A DNA stretch of 62,427 nt, counting the filler, from Asterionella formosa (lineage: Eukaryota): the NCBI GenBank assembly GCA_002256025.1. It is 16 parts of 16 records of this genome, joined end to end, with 100 filler letters (N's around TTAATTAATTAA, not from the genome) between each part and the next. Parts side by side here need not be neighbours in the genome. Positions count along the whole stretch, not along the records: positions 1 to 31,302 come from NKIB01000715.1; positions 31,403 to 33,380 come from NKIB01000720.1; positions 33,481 to 35,458 come from NKIB01000721.1; positions 35,559 to 37,539 come from NKIB01000723.1; 12 more parts are not named here. The stretch is one strand, 5' to 3'. A model generated the notes under the pieces. The model did no database searches. It worked only from the letters and a program-made list of their open reading frames with translations, and was not told the DNA's origin. A program made the position numbers and the translations under genes. Positions 24,468 through 36,200 of the stretch are shown one piece after another; positions within the stretch are counted from its first letter, which is position 1; each line of letters opens with the position of its first letter.

Positions 24468-25690
24468 ATGAAACACGTTGCTACTATTGCCTTTCTAGGC
24501 CTGACCTCTCAAGCAGAATCTTTTTCTCCTAAAAGAAGGTCCTTAGGACCCGCGTTTCTAAGAGCAACCCCAAAACGGCTGGAAGATAACGTCGATGGAG
24601 TCCTCTACGTCAATGACAGGGTACGTAGCGAGCGCAAATCAGTAACGCAAGTTGAAAAGAGCCAGGATTTAGAATTGGAAAGTCTCTCACCATTATTTAT
24701 CAGTGCATAAATTGCTCTGCTTGTGCGAACTTTGCACCGATGAATTTCAAGCGAGCTACTGGTGACGCTGCCCATGTCGTGTACCACCAACCGTCAACAG
24801 AAACAGAAATTCTAGACTCTCGCGCTGCCATGGCGGCTTGTCCGGTAGCTGCAATTCGTCTCGAAACGGAGGCATATAGGCACCATCGAGGTATGGAATC
24901 GCTGATGGACCACGAAATTGAATTGGCCAAGAAAATGGCATTGTCTCCAAAATTAAATGGGTACGAACTTCCATTTCCAAGGCCATTGACCCATAATGTC
25001 TGGTACTTGGGTCATCACAATGAAAAGAGTTTCGGAGCCACACCCTACTTGCTATATACCAGCAATAATCAATGGGTTATGATTGATACACCGCGCTTTG
25101 GTAATAGTGCTATTTTGGCTGTCAAGTCCCTCACTGGTCCCAATGGCCCAGACTATCTTGTCCTCACTCATGTGGATGACACAGCTGATCACGGCAAATG
25201 GGCAGATGAATTTCCATCCTTGCGACGCGTTTTCCATCATGGCGACCTTGGGATACACAATTGGTTGGGAGATAGCACGCTAGCCGACGTGGAAGTCTTA
25301 CTCGGGGCTAAATCAATGAATGCAGAAGAGCTGCAAGCATTTGATTTGGATGGCACCAACTTACCCAAAGAAAAAGCGTTACTCAAGGACTTGGTAGTGT
25401 ATCATACTCCAGGTCATTCACCTGGGTCAATTTCCCTGTATGACAGAATCAGTGGTGTTTTGTTTACCGGAGATACTTTGGGTTATTCGAATCGAGTTGA
25501 TACGCTGACTGGCTTTCCACGCTACGGTAACAACCGAGCATTGCAAGCGCAGACGCTTCGCTTGATAAAAGAACTAGATTGGGCACTAGTTGCTCCAGGA
25601 CATGGACACATCAAGGAATACGGCGCAAAGAAGGAATTACGAAATGCTGCAATAGATGATGCGATCAGAGAGTTAGTGAAGATTCGTTAA
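24468..25690 (+). CDS. Ferredoxin-metallo-beta-lactamase-fold fusion, probably plastid-targeted; exons 24468-24620, 24704-25690
   Basis: Signal plus AES-F motif; intron 24621-24703 gives YVNDR-CINCSACANFAP...ACPVAAI (4Fe-4S ligands); THVDDTADH, TPGHSPGS, LFTGD, PGHG. Confidence 0.88.
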
Positions 25691-25975
25691 TTTGCGAGAG
25701 AGTTTCATATTGCGTACTCATCTTTAGACAAATCCACATATCTGCCAATGCCCATGATTTCCTATCAATCATATATGTGATACGTGAAAAAAATTTAAAA
25801 ATTGATACTTTAACATGAATTATTGAAGGCAAGGAACACCTGGCCAAGGGGGCTTTGACTTACTATATCCCTTGCCCATAGGGCTTTTCAAAGCTCCTCA
25901 GGTCAGTATCAATAGATAAAGTCGACTCGTTCAATGTCTGCTCGTCCTCCTTGAGTTCGTCAATCGCCCACCTTA

Positions 25976-26272
25976 TTACATCAGCAAGTGCATTATTTGT
26001 TCCAGACCAGTGAACTCCCCATCTAGCATATTATCCGAACTTGCACTCATGAAGCCATTTGAACTTTCACTCATGAGGTCCCGATTCAGATCAGCGAGAG
26101 GCATGGAAGGTCGAACATGCTCCTTCATTTCCTTGAACGCCTTCTTTTGCTGTGGGCGGATAGCTTTCTAGGCCGACTCGTTTCGCCGCAAACGATCTTT
26201 TGTGTTCAAGGTAGAAAAATCAACAACTATGTTCCTCGTTTCGGTGGAATCTTCCTTTGGTTCTGATCGCAT
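25976..26272 (-). pseudogene. Possible degenerate bZIP-like fragment
   Basis: My translation MRSEP...KDRLRRNESA*KAIRPQQKKAFKEMKEHVR resembles a bZIP basic region, with an in-frame TAG at 26168-26170. Confidence 0.3.
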
Positions 26273-26555
26273 TGTTCTGTGAAAAGGAGGTTGAGAGCGA
26301 TGGATACTGCGTTCTGCGGTATACAGTTTGAATTTATATGAGGTCATTATTTTCTTTTGTGAGCTAGCATTCTTGGCGTGGTTGTAATTCTATGCGGGAC
26401 CATGTGAAACCGAGTAACAATTAAATTCGATGAGTGTACAATGTTGAACATTGTGGAACAATTATCCTTGTAGATTTGAAATCACGACTCATACTAAGGA
26501 GTACACAAAGCCTATCCGTGATTGCACAATGAATAGTAGTGCTATTTATTCCTTC

Positions 26556-28070
26556 TCAAGCTGCAATAATTTTGTTTCGTTGTTCCTTAAGCTTGGCAAT
26601 TCGTGCCTGCATCACCAACTTTCGCTCCTCCAGAGGTGCAATAATAGGCTCCAGATGTTTACTGCTGTTGACTCGTTCATTGGCCGCCCAATGTCTCCTA
26701 TACCAGGACGTGGTACATTGTGCTAATAGTTGTTCGTTCTGGTTTCTATAAAACTCCTCAAACTCGTTCAATAACAACAGGGCCTCAAAAATTGATTGAA
26801 GTTTCGCCACTTTATCTCTTAGTTCCGGTTGCATGTATCGATGCAAGAATTTAAATAAATGACCACGTACGATATTGAATGATCCACCCGTCGTTCCTGG
26901 AAGTGGTGGATGTTGCGCAGCATAATACAGGTAGTCACGGGCAAATTGTAGCTGTTGAGAGAACAGAGCCGCAGGGTTATTGTCCACGTTGCTCGGTTCA
27001 GAAAACACATTTGGTGTTTCCAACAATGCTTCCGAACTCATGATAGCACTGGCACTAGTCAGAGTCAAGACTTTTTGAATATCTGAATATTGTTCAATGC
27101 CACCATTGGCAACTATTGGGAAATCATTTGGCCGTACCTGCCGACATGTGTCAATGGCCAATCGTACTTTATCTAAATGCGCTGCACCAACGAGTGTTTT
27201 GTTTTCGTGCAAGGTCCGACCATGAATGGTAACGAAATCGACTCCAGTTGCCATGAGTTTCTTCATTCGTTCTTTTAAAATATCATCACTACCATTGGCT
27301 GGGAGTCTAATTTTGGCAGAAACTTTAACATGTTCAGGTAGATTCCGTCGTAGTGCCGAGAGTATGTCCATGACGACATGTTCCTGCTGTTCCATTAGGA
27401 AGGCTCCATATTTCCCTTTCCGTGCAATTCCTTGTGGACACCCCAAATTGACATCAATCCCAGCAATGGCTGGTGCCTGGTCAAGAATTAATTGCGCAGC
27501 ATCCACCATGAGGGTTGGTTCCGAGCCGGCTAGTTGGACAATTAGTGGCCCTCCTTCCACGTGATGTGCGCCTGTGTATAGGTACTCTTCCATGCCGGCT
27601 ATGCATGATTGCTGCGATGGTAGCAAGTGTTCATATAGTCGACTATCAGTATTCGCCGTACTTGGTCTGTCAATAAAATCAAAATGTGCCAATTGAAAGT
27701 CTCGCGATTTTAAACAATTTCGTGCATGCATCATTTGTGTCATGCATAAGTCTACACCATGTTGGCGACATAGGAGTCGAAATGGATAATCACTGGCAGC
27801 CACCATGGGTGCCATGATGGAGTGGATGGGCTTTTCGTTAATTATAAGGGGTGGCACTGAGGAGAGGGCCGAGGACAAACGTACTTGGCGATTCTGAGAT
27901 GGAATCCTAACGCTAACTGAAACTGATACTGGTAAAAAGGCAGTGGCAGCACTGACGGAGCGTTTCGTCGCAGTCATTAGCATCATGCAGCAGCAGCAGC
28001 AGTAGCCTACACTAGTACTCTTGCTTCGTCGTCGTCCTCTTGTTGGGTTCAAGGATGGTAGAGATATCAT
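26556..28070 (-). CDS. DUS1: tRNA-dihydrouridine synthase, DUS1-like
   Basis: MAPMVAASDYPFR, PLIVQL, DVNLGCPQGIARKGKYGAFLM, SAKIRL, TIHGRT, VANGGI, MSSEALL, RGHLFK. Confidence 0.9.
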   Translation of the reverse strand: MISLPSLNPTRGRRRSKSTSVGYCCCCCMMLMTATKRSVSAATAFLPVSVSVSVRIPSQNRQVRLSSALSSVPPLIINEKPIHSIMAPMVAASDYPFRLLCRQHGVDLCMTQMMHARNCLKSRDFQLAHFDFIDRPSTANTDSRLYEHLLPSQQSCIAGMEEYLYTGAHHVEGGPLIVQLAGSEPTLMVDAAQLILDQAPAIAGIDVNLGCPQGIARKGKYGAFLMEQQEHVVMDILSALRRNLPEHVKVSAKIRLPANGSDDILKERMKKLMATGVDFVTIHGRTLHENKTLVGAAHLDKVRLAIDTCRQVRPNDFPIVANGGIEQYSDIQKVLTLTSASAIMSSEALLETPNVFSEPSNVDNNPAALFSQQLQFARDYLYYAAQHPPLPGTTGGSFNIVRGHLFKFLHRYMQPELRDKVAKLQSIFEALLLLNEFEEFYRNQNEQLLAQCTTSWYRRHWAANERVNSSKHLEPIIAPLEERKLVMQARIAKLKEQRNKIIAA

Positions 28071-28659
28071 GGCAAATGTGATGAGTGCGCTCGTTGGGAT
28101 AAGGAAGTCCGTGAAGCTGTTGGAGAAATTATCTTCAGAGAAATCCCGGTCGTATTCAAATTACCTACAATACTACGAATATTGTGTGCGTACAAACAAC
28201 GTGACATTGGTATGTCCAAGGGATTGACAAAACATACATGTTGAATCAAATGAATCAAAAAGACTACGGTATCAAGATGAGAATTCGAAAACAACCTGCA
28301 CCACCAGTAAAACCCAACTTTAAGGAATGATTACAATTGATCTCTGTGACATCGTTGTTCATATCTAAAGCATGTTTGGTCCTTGATGTATCCTTCCAGG
28401 ATTCCAGGAAACAAGAAGGCAATAGAAGGCTTCGGGATGCAATTTTAACAGTTTTAATAGAATTTTCCAGTCAGGATGTGCCACAAGACTAGGAGCAACA
28501 TCAGGCAGACCATGGAGAGTCTGAAGTCAAGAATTAAGGGTACCAGACCATACAGAGTCTGAAGAAGTTGCAAAAGGCGCGAAATTTGTGGCAAAGAAAG
28601 GTTTCTAAGAAGGCTCAAGTCAAGGGCAAGTTCCAAACCAAGGGAGCAATAATGCTTCT

Positions 28660-28900
28660 CAAACCAACAAGAAGTGGTCTATCAATGACTAGTACAACTA
28701 CTGGGTACTGCCTCGGATTGATGAAACAGTCATCTGATTATGAAACCACCATAGAGTACCTGATCAACTATATCAAGAAAGTATTTGACTATGGCAACAA
28801 CATATGAACTGCACTTGAGTTATTAGAACCAATGATCACATCAGCATGGAAGCCAAGAATGCAGGTCAGTCTTGAAACTACAGATGAAGATCATGCTTCA
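28660..28900 (+). mobile_element. Degenerate copia (CoDi-like) gag remnant
   Basis: YCLGLMKQSSDYETTIEYLINYIKKVFDYGNNI*TALELLEP...WKPRMQVS resembles the gag N-terminus of diatom copia elements as I recall them; in-frame stop. Confidence 0.5.
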
Positions 28901-29550
28901 GAGAATTGGTTTGTTGCAGATAATAGGCCCAAGATGGATGTTGTTGTCCTATGTTTTATGGTATTTGACTTGTTGTAGCTGAATTAACTTCTTGTATTTG
29001 GGAAGGAAAATCAATTGGGGTTCATTCATCATCTTTTGTGGGAAAGGGGACAAATTGATGGCACCTGCTGCTGCTACAAAAAGTAACTCTCCAATAACAG
29101 CACCCTGAAAAAAGCAAGGCATCTGGATTAGTGCATATGCAGGCATGGTGGCTCACATGTTACATAATGGAATCTGGCACTGAAGGTGTAGAAATGAAGT
29201 CAAATGTCATGCCAAGTGTTAACACATCCATCATCCATTGCTGATATAATATCAAATTCCATTACAGCTTTAGATTTTCTCCTTGCAATAACATCCACAA
29301 GTCTGGTTAATTGCATATGATTGCAAATGAAACATGGACTTGTTTGAGATTATTCATCAGTAAATCATTATAGGATGGCATTAGTGCTTTCAAGTCTTCC
29401 TCTAAAGCACATGCATGAGTTGGATTGGGTTAATTAATGCATGCCAAAAATACCACTGAACTACAATCTTCCATGGATTGTAGCAGTAGTGGCTTTCACT
29501 TCCAAATTACTATATAATGCACATTCTTGATTCCACTTTGATACGGGATT

Positions 29551-31302
29551 TCATACTTCATGTGTAGTCTCATCTCCACTTGTATAGCATGCCCGCATCT
29601 TAGTGGGTGACAATTGATGTCCAACCATGACAAACTTTGGATCATGACAGTTTCCCTCATTGGCAAATGCAGCAGACTTCTCCCAAAGCACAGTATTTTT
29701 AAGGGGTGACTCATCCATCCAAATGCCTAATGATGCATCTTCCCCTTGATACTCATAGAGGGAGTCAATGTGGTTCGCCACATATTCTGCAACTGGTCGA
29801 CTTACAGCATACCCACATGATCCCTGTGGCCATGGAGGATAAGTCTTTTGATGGTACTCAGGTTCTGCCCACTTGCCTTGCTTAGCAACGCGCGAGCCAT
29901 GAATGACCCGGCCAACCACAGTTGGATTTGTTGGACTGTACCGAGAGAGCAACTTGGCAACAGAGGAAACTCTCACGAATGTATCATCATCAGCTTTGAC
30001 TATCCAATCTGCTTTTGTATTTTTCAGCACCCAATCAAATGCAGCTTTTAACTTGTGCACCAATGATTTGTAGGAATCAGGACGCTCTATATATATAATG
30101 TCTTGATATTTCTCTTGCTCGGCAAAAAGTTTTTCTTGTACCTCTGCAACTTTCGCCAAATGTGTGTCATCTCCCATTGGTCCTTCACATCCCAATTTAT
30201 AAAGTCCTGGGCGCATGTGTTTGGGTACAAGGCAGGGTGTGTTTATTGCAAAGTACACATTGTCATGTCCACTTGCCCATGATTCTCGAATTGCCGCCCG
30301 CATGAAAAAATTTTCTCGAGCTGACATGACGATAATGACAGTCGTGTCTTTGGTCACCTTTGGCGCTGTCAAAGTGCCTACAGCTTCTTTCTCGCTGGGC
30401 AATGCTCTCTTGTCGCTTTCATAACATAATTTCATAACATCAGGGCTAATTTCGTGGCCAATGATGACAAAATCATCGTCATAGCATGATCTAACTTCTT
30501 TCTTACCGGGAATGTTTGTTCTAGCAAATTGGGATGACTCCAACCACTGTACAGCTGCCTTGTGCGGTGATTCGTCCAACCAGATACCAATAGATACATC
30601 CTCACCCTGATAATCAAAGAGAGTGTCCTTCGTCCCAGCAATATATTCTGCCACGGGTCTTGAAACGGCATGTCCAAAAGATCCTTGTGGAAAACTGGGG
30701 TAAAGAGTTTTGTTGTAGTCCAACTCAGCCCATTTGCCTTTCTTTTGTGGGCGTGACGTTGACCTGATGTGCCCCAAGACTACGTACTTTGATGCATCGA
30801 TGGTTTGCAGATACGCTCCAATCTTGTCAACCCGTGCATACATGTCATCGTCCGTTTTTACAATCCATTTTGCAGTGGGCATATCGTTGACAATCCATAA
30901 ATATGCTTCTTTGAGCTTATGTGGCAACCCCCGATAGTTTTCCGGTTGCGGGGTCCAGATCAAGTCACGAAAGGTTTCTTGCTCTTTTGATATCTTGAGA
31001 CTCTCGACTCTCAACTGTTCTGTGTAAATGGCATCATTGATACTGTTGTTCTGGTCTTCGTCTCGTTGTTCGCACGTGAGTTCGTTCTTGCGTTGGGCAG
31101 GAGGGAACGGGCAGTCGTTGCCAATGACAAAGAATACATTTGATTTCTCCTTGGCCCACGTTTCTCGAATGGCAGCACGTTTATCAAAGTGCCCCCGCGC
31201 AGATAGTACGATAATGATAGTCTCTTCGAAGGAATGGTCGGGGTTTACCCAATCAGCAGGGCGTTCCGAAGTGGCAGCAGCAGCGCCACTATTGGGATTG
31301 GC
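29551..31302 (-). CDS. 5'-truncated glycosyltransferase with two tandem GT31 (beta-1,3-galactosyltransferase-like) domains
   Basis: Frame open from the contig edge at 31302 (ANPNS...IIIVLSAR..RAAIRETWA); each half has RAAIRExW, KxDDD, GKWAE, PQGS, GEDxSxGIW and GH. Confidence 0.88.
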   Translation of the reverse strand, partial: ANPNSGAAAATSERPADWVNPDHSFEETIIIVLSARGHFDKRAAIRETWAKEKSNVFFVIGNDCPFPPAQRKNELTCEQRDEDQNNSINDAIYTEQLRVESLKISKEQETFRDLIWTPQPENYRGLPHKLKEAYLWIVNDMPTAKWIVKTDDDMYARVDKIGAYLQTIDASKYVVLGHIRSTSRPQKKGKWAELDYNKTLYPSFPQGSFGHAVSRPVAEYIAGTKDTLFDYQGEDVSIGIWLDESPHKAAVQWLESSQFARTNIPGKKEVRSCYDDDFVIIGHEISPDVMKLCYESDKRALPSEKEAVGTLTAPKVTKDTTVIIVMSARENFFMRAAIRESWASGHDNVYFAINTPCLVPKHMRPGLYKLGCEGPMGDDTHLAKVAEVQEKLFAEQEKYQDIIYIERPDSYKSLVHKLKAAFDWVLKNTKADWIVKADDDTFVRVSSVAKLLSRYSPTNPTVVGRVIHGSRVAKQGKWAEPEYHQKTYPPWPQGSCGYAVSRPVAEYVANHIDSLYEYQGEDASLGIWMDESPLKNTVLWEKSAAFANEGNCHDPKFVMVGHQLSPTKMRACYTSGDETTHEV

Positions 31303-31402
31303 NNNNNNNNNNNNNNNNNNNNNNNNNNNNNNNNNNNNNNNNNNNNTTAATTAATTAANNNNNNNNNNNNNNNNNNNNNNNNNNNNNNNNNNNNNNNNNN
31401 NN

Positions 31403-33380
31403 GCAGCGTCTCTTCCTTTCTGGCCAAATTTCTTGAGGCCTTTCCTTAAGCTGTATGACTGAACAAAGTGAAATGCTTCTTTATCGATACACATCTCATT
31501 CATATAACACATTGTCTTTGCGATCACTTTCGCATTATCAGTTGTGTATTCTTCTCGACAGTGTGCTTGGGTATGCAAATGATTTTGGACCATAGTTAGT
31601 TTTGATGGTGGTCTTGAGACTCTTCCAGACCTTGTAGTTCTAACATTTGGGTCTGAGTCATCCTGAGTGCTTGGATTGACTTCTAACATTCTTGCCTCTT
31701 TGTTTTCAGTTTCATTTGCTGGCTCTTCATCCTCATCTTGGATATCATCTGCATTCATTTCGATATTATTCTCATTGTTGCCCTCGTCGGGTTCAGGGTC
31801 ATCCTCTTGAGTATTGTCGTTTAATTCGAGCTGTTCTGCTTCATATATTTCATCCGGAGTCATTTCATCATAGTCTTCTTCTCCGAAAATTTCATCATTG
31901 CTTTCGTTGTCACTAGCATCTTGATCTTCATAATCTTCATCTTGTGCATATTCAAATGCTTCATTATCATAATCCACTCCTGCAATCCAAGCACTATCAT
32001 AAAATAGTTGCCCCGTTCGATTTGCTATCTTGAGACCATCTGGCATATTTTCCTGCACAGCAAGGGCGTGTACTTGATTCATGATTGCTGGGGTAAGTGG
32101 TAGAGGAGTAATTGTTCGTCTAGTGATCAATGAATTTGTAGGTAGGTGTAACAAGTCATGACCTCCTTGCACATTGTCATTGTAGCGTAGAAAAATGCAA
32201 TCTAGGCTGCGAGGTGCATTTGTGTTTGAAAACACAGGTTCTTCATGTGCTTGGACATAAGTGCCAAATGTATACTGGCAATGTCGAGCATAGTCCAGGT
32301 TTTGTTGATGTAAAATCATACGAGGACTGTAATACGGGGATATCCCGTTCTTTTCCGGAAAGAAATTCAGTTTCCTTGCAGATTCTGTCACTAGAATCTT
32401 AATCATCAGTTGCGGCAAATGTTTGAAAGGTAATCGATGATAAGCTGCGCGCACGCGTTCTTTAATCACTCGATTATTTCGCTCCGCTTCGGGAACATGT
32501 TCTTGTGGGTTTGCGTAGTTCATAGTGACTTGAAATTCATTGGAAATTTGTTCCATCAAAGGTCGAAACTCGTTGTCACAGTGGATTGTTGTAATTTTAA
32601 ATCCTCCGGTATTATAAACACGGAATACCTGAATCAAAGCATCTCGATAGACTTCAGCTGTCTGATTCTTGACCCATTGCGCTGTCCTATACATAATGTT
32701 TCGAGAAATTGTTGTGAGAAATGATTGTCCATTGACTTTCATTCCATCCATGCAAAGAGTCACTTCACGTTGAGCTTGGATAAGCTCCTTAGGAATCTCG
32801 ATGTAGTCGTTCACGACTGGCAGCGGCTTGCGACGAGTTGTCTTGCCTTTTAGTGTTCCGATGTCAGGTCCAAAAATTTTCTCTGCAATTTTGATATCAT
32901 CGGTAGTCACTGGATTATTGTTGATCGTATTCATACAAATTATTGCCTTGAAATCATTAATTGATGGTGTACCCAAGGCATGAAATAGATCACGAGCTCG
33001 CTTAGCTCTCTGAAATTGACGTTCAGTGTAAAATGTTTTGTTTTCTTCAAGTGTATTTAACATTTGAGCATTCTCCACTCTAATTCTTGTAGTTGGCTTG
33101 AAAACATATAAGTTCATCCCAATTCTTTCAAATCGAACTGTTTTGTCTGGCAAATGAACAATGAATGCATCTTCTTTCTCAGAGTCATAGGTAATTCTGT
33201 ACCTATCTGCCATTTCGGCATAACTGAAGATATTTGTGATAGCCTTTTCATTAAACCATACTTCTCCCCATTCTGGAAGATCAGCCTTCATATTAGTTAC
33301 CATGGATCCACCATTTGTGGCCAGGTGCATGCTTCCGTTGGTTGACATTCGAATGTTATTAACCATTTTTGGATTGCAAA
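31403..33380 (-). mobile_element. Ty1/copia (CoDi-like) pol fragment: protease end, integrase, start of RT; uninterrupted ORF
   Basis: FHALGTPS, LCMDGMKV, HCDNEF, QEHVPEAERNNRVIKER (D-D-E), SAWIAGV, TRSGRVSRPP, QSYSLRKGLKKFG. Confidence 0.9.
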
Positions 33381-33480
33381 NNNNNNNNNNNNNNNNNNNN
33401 NNNNNNNNNNNNNNNNNNNNNNNNTTAATTAATTAANNNNNNNNNNNNNNNNNNNNNNNNNNNNNNNNNNNNNNNNNNNN

Positions 33481-35458
33481 AAAACTGAGACGCTAGATTT
33501 CAAACGTGATCATTCAGATGTTTTGTACTATTTCCAAGGAACTCGTGGAATTTACCCAGGTGGGAGTGATATCTTATCTGCAGAGGTCATCACAACGAAA
33601 TTGACCAGTATGGACATTAATGAAGCTCACGCTAAATACGGACATATTGGGGAAGCGGCATTGCGGGCTACTATGAAATCGCTTGGTATCAAAATGACAG
33701 GTGTGATGTATACATGTGAAGGATGTGCGCTAGCTAAGGCTAAAGCAAAAAGTGTTCCTAAAATCACTATGAGCAAGGCTACTCAACCGGGCGAACGTTT
33801 GTGCACAGATATCAGCGGTCCATATAAAAAGTCGATTTTAGGAAATGACTATTGGATCCTTGTTGTTGATGATTACACCGGAAAATCTTGGAGTTTCTTT
33901 GTTAAGAAGAAGTCACAGCTTGCTTCAAAGATTGAAGATTTGTTGACTAAACTCAAAACGGCTGAGTATGTTACCAAGTTTCTCCGTTGTGACAATGCGG
34001 GTGAAAACGTCTCAGGTTTGACAAAACTATGCGAGAAATTCAATATTCAAATCGAATTTACGGCACCCTACACACCACAACAGAATGGAATTGTGGAGCG
34101 AAAGTTTGTAACCATTCGTCAACGAGCATGTGCAGCAATGTTTGCTGCAAAATTTAATGATGAATTTCAAGGTTTACTTTGGGCAGAGGCCATCAACACC
34201 AACACACGAATCACGAACATTGTGGCCACATCTAATGATGTAAAAAGTGCAGATGAGAAGTTTTACAAAAAGGTTCCAATGATTTACGATCATCTAATGC
34301 ATTTTGGCAGGATCGGATGGGTGAAAATTGGTGCTAAGAAAACAAATAAACTCGAAGAAAAGGCCATTAAATGTGTGATGGTTGGTTATTCTCATGATCA
34401 TGCTGGAGACACTTACCGAATGTTTAACCCTCAGACAAGAAAGATTTTAAATAGTCGAAACATTCGCTGGGCTGATTGGCATGGCCAAACAAGTCCAATC
34501 GCAGGTTTGAGGGATTTCAATGTAGAAGGGGACACAGAAGTGGTTGTTATTCCAATTGATGATGAAAAGCAGGACGAAGATGTTCTTCCTGTTGTGCCAC
34601 CAATCCAGCAGGATATTGATTTGGAAACTCCTGTTCCAGTTGTGAAACAAACAAGATTTCAGCTATCCGAAGCAGTGGGGAAGTTAGGTGATGAGATCAA
34701 CAAAGATGCTTCGAAAAAAGCAAAATTGGAACGAGAATTGAAACGCCTTGATGGTTGGAAAGAAGTTACTGGCAAACGCAGTGCTCGGCGCAGCTTACAA
34801 CTAGATGACAAGGACAAAGGATCAATTGAAGAAATAGATTATTCTGAAGCGGCCTATCAAGATGATGATGAACTATTTCAAAGTGAAGAAGGAGTAGAGA
34901 GGTTCTATGCATATTCTACAACGCTTGCTTCCGATCCTGGGGAGCCAAAGCATTACAAGGAGGCTATGAAAGGAGACGAGAGCAAGCAGTGGACCGTTGC
35001 TATTAAAAATGAAATCAAGAAACACTTCACAATTAAGGAGCTTAGCCCTTTGAAGAAGCATTTGGGAGTGTGGTACGATTGGGGCCAAGATAAAGTGGGA
35101 CGCTACTTGGAGTCGAGCATGGAGGAGTTTGTGCATGTTATGCTACAAGATTATCATGATATTTTTGGAAAGTATCCAAGAGATGCATCAACCCCAGCAT
35201 TTCCAGGAATTGTTCTCAGAATGAATCCAGACAAAGTGATTCTCCATAAAGAATATCGTTCAATGGTTGGAAAATTGTTGTATTTTGTGAAGAAAGTTGG
35301 ACCAATATGCGCGAATGCATGTCGTGAACTCTCTCAACATTTAGAGAATCCAGGTGATGCCCATTGGAGTGCTGTTGAACGTTTGTTAGGTTTCATTGAA
35401 ACTGATGAAAGGAACAGAAAATTAAAAATGAGACCGCCACATGAATTACGAGTTCAAG
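33481..35458 (+). mobile_element. Ty1/copia pol fragment: GAG-pre-integrase, integrase, internally deleted RT
   Basis: HAKYGH..CEGC, TDISGP, VVDDY, RCDNAGEN, QQNGIVER, EPKHYKEA, YRSMVGKLLY; the YVDD region is missing. Confidence 0.9.
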
Positions 35459-36074
35459 NNNNNNNNNNNNNNNNNNNNNNNNNNNNNNNNNNNNNNNNNN
35501 NNTTAATTAATTAANNNNNNNNNNNNNNNNNNNNNNNNNNNNNNNNNNNNNNNNNNNNCTGATTCTTGCAATAACGACAAAGCAGCCATGTCGAGAGGAA
35601 CGAGATTTTGTGATAAAATCTTCATTTGTCGTTCAAGTCATCATATGTCTTCGATGAATCATCATCTACATTGCACAGTATGTTCGTACTATGCAATCCG
35701 TTAAGAGCTTGAAAAGAAATCCAATGAAAACGAAATGGCTCATCACACAAGACGAGCGAATATTTCCGGTTTGTCACCAGAGCATCTTTCAGTGTTACAA
35801 CCTCAATCATAGCTAGTAAACAACATCCATTATAGAACAGCACAATCTACTTCTCCATAACATCGTCTCTCTAACAAGAAGGTAATACATCTACAATTGA
35901 AACGCAGCATAGCAGGCGATATGCACAAAGAAGCATTAGACTGTGCCGTCTATTTATAGTAACAGAGTGATTCTGGTTTCGTAATTTTCATGTCTCATTA
36001 GATTTTCTTTGTCATCGTACTAGTTCCTTACTTTTGAAAACAGGAGCGTAGCTATTCTTTGATGTATCTGGAAT

Positions 36075-36200
36075 ATTTCAATGGATGGCAGCAGTTGGAT
36101 TTAGACACAAACCTCGACAAAAGCACTAGTACCTTGTCGATGTTCATGAAAAGCGAGACACTTTGCTTGGCCTATCGCCCACCAGCCAGTCTATACTGCA
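36075..36200 (+). mobile_element. Possible degenerate DDE transposase remnant
   Basis: IFQWMAAVGFRHKPRQKH*YLVDVHEKRDTL resembles the W..LGF.Y...K..Y.DGHE motif of a fungal/diatom DDE transposase family. Confidence 0.3.

Noticed and set aside
31403..35458. Two copia fragments as one element or a head-to-head pair
   Set aside because: Separate contigs, different copia lineages, each with its own integrase.
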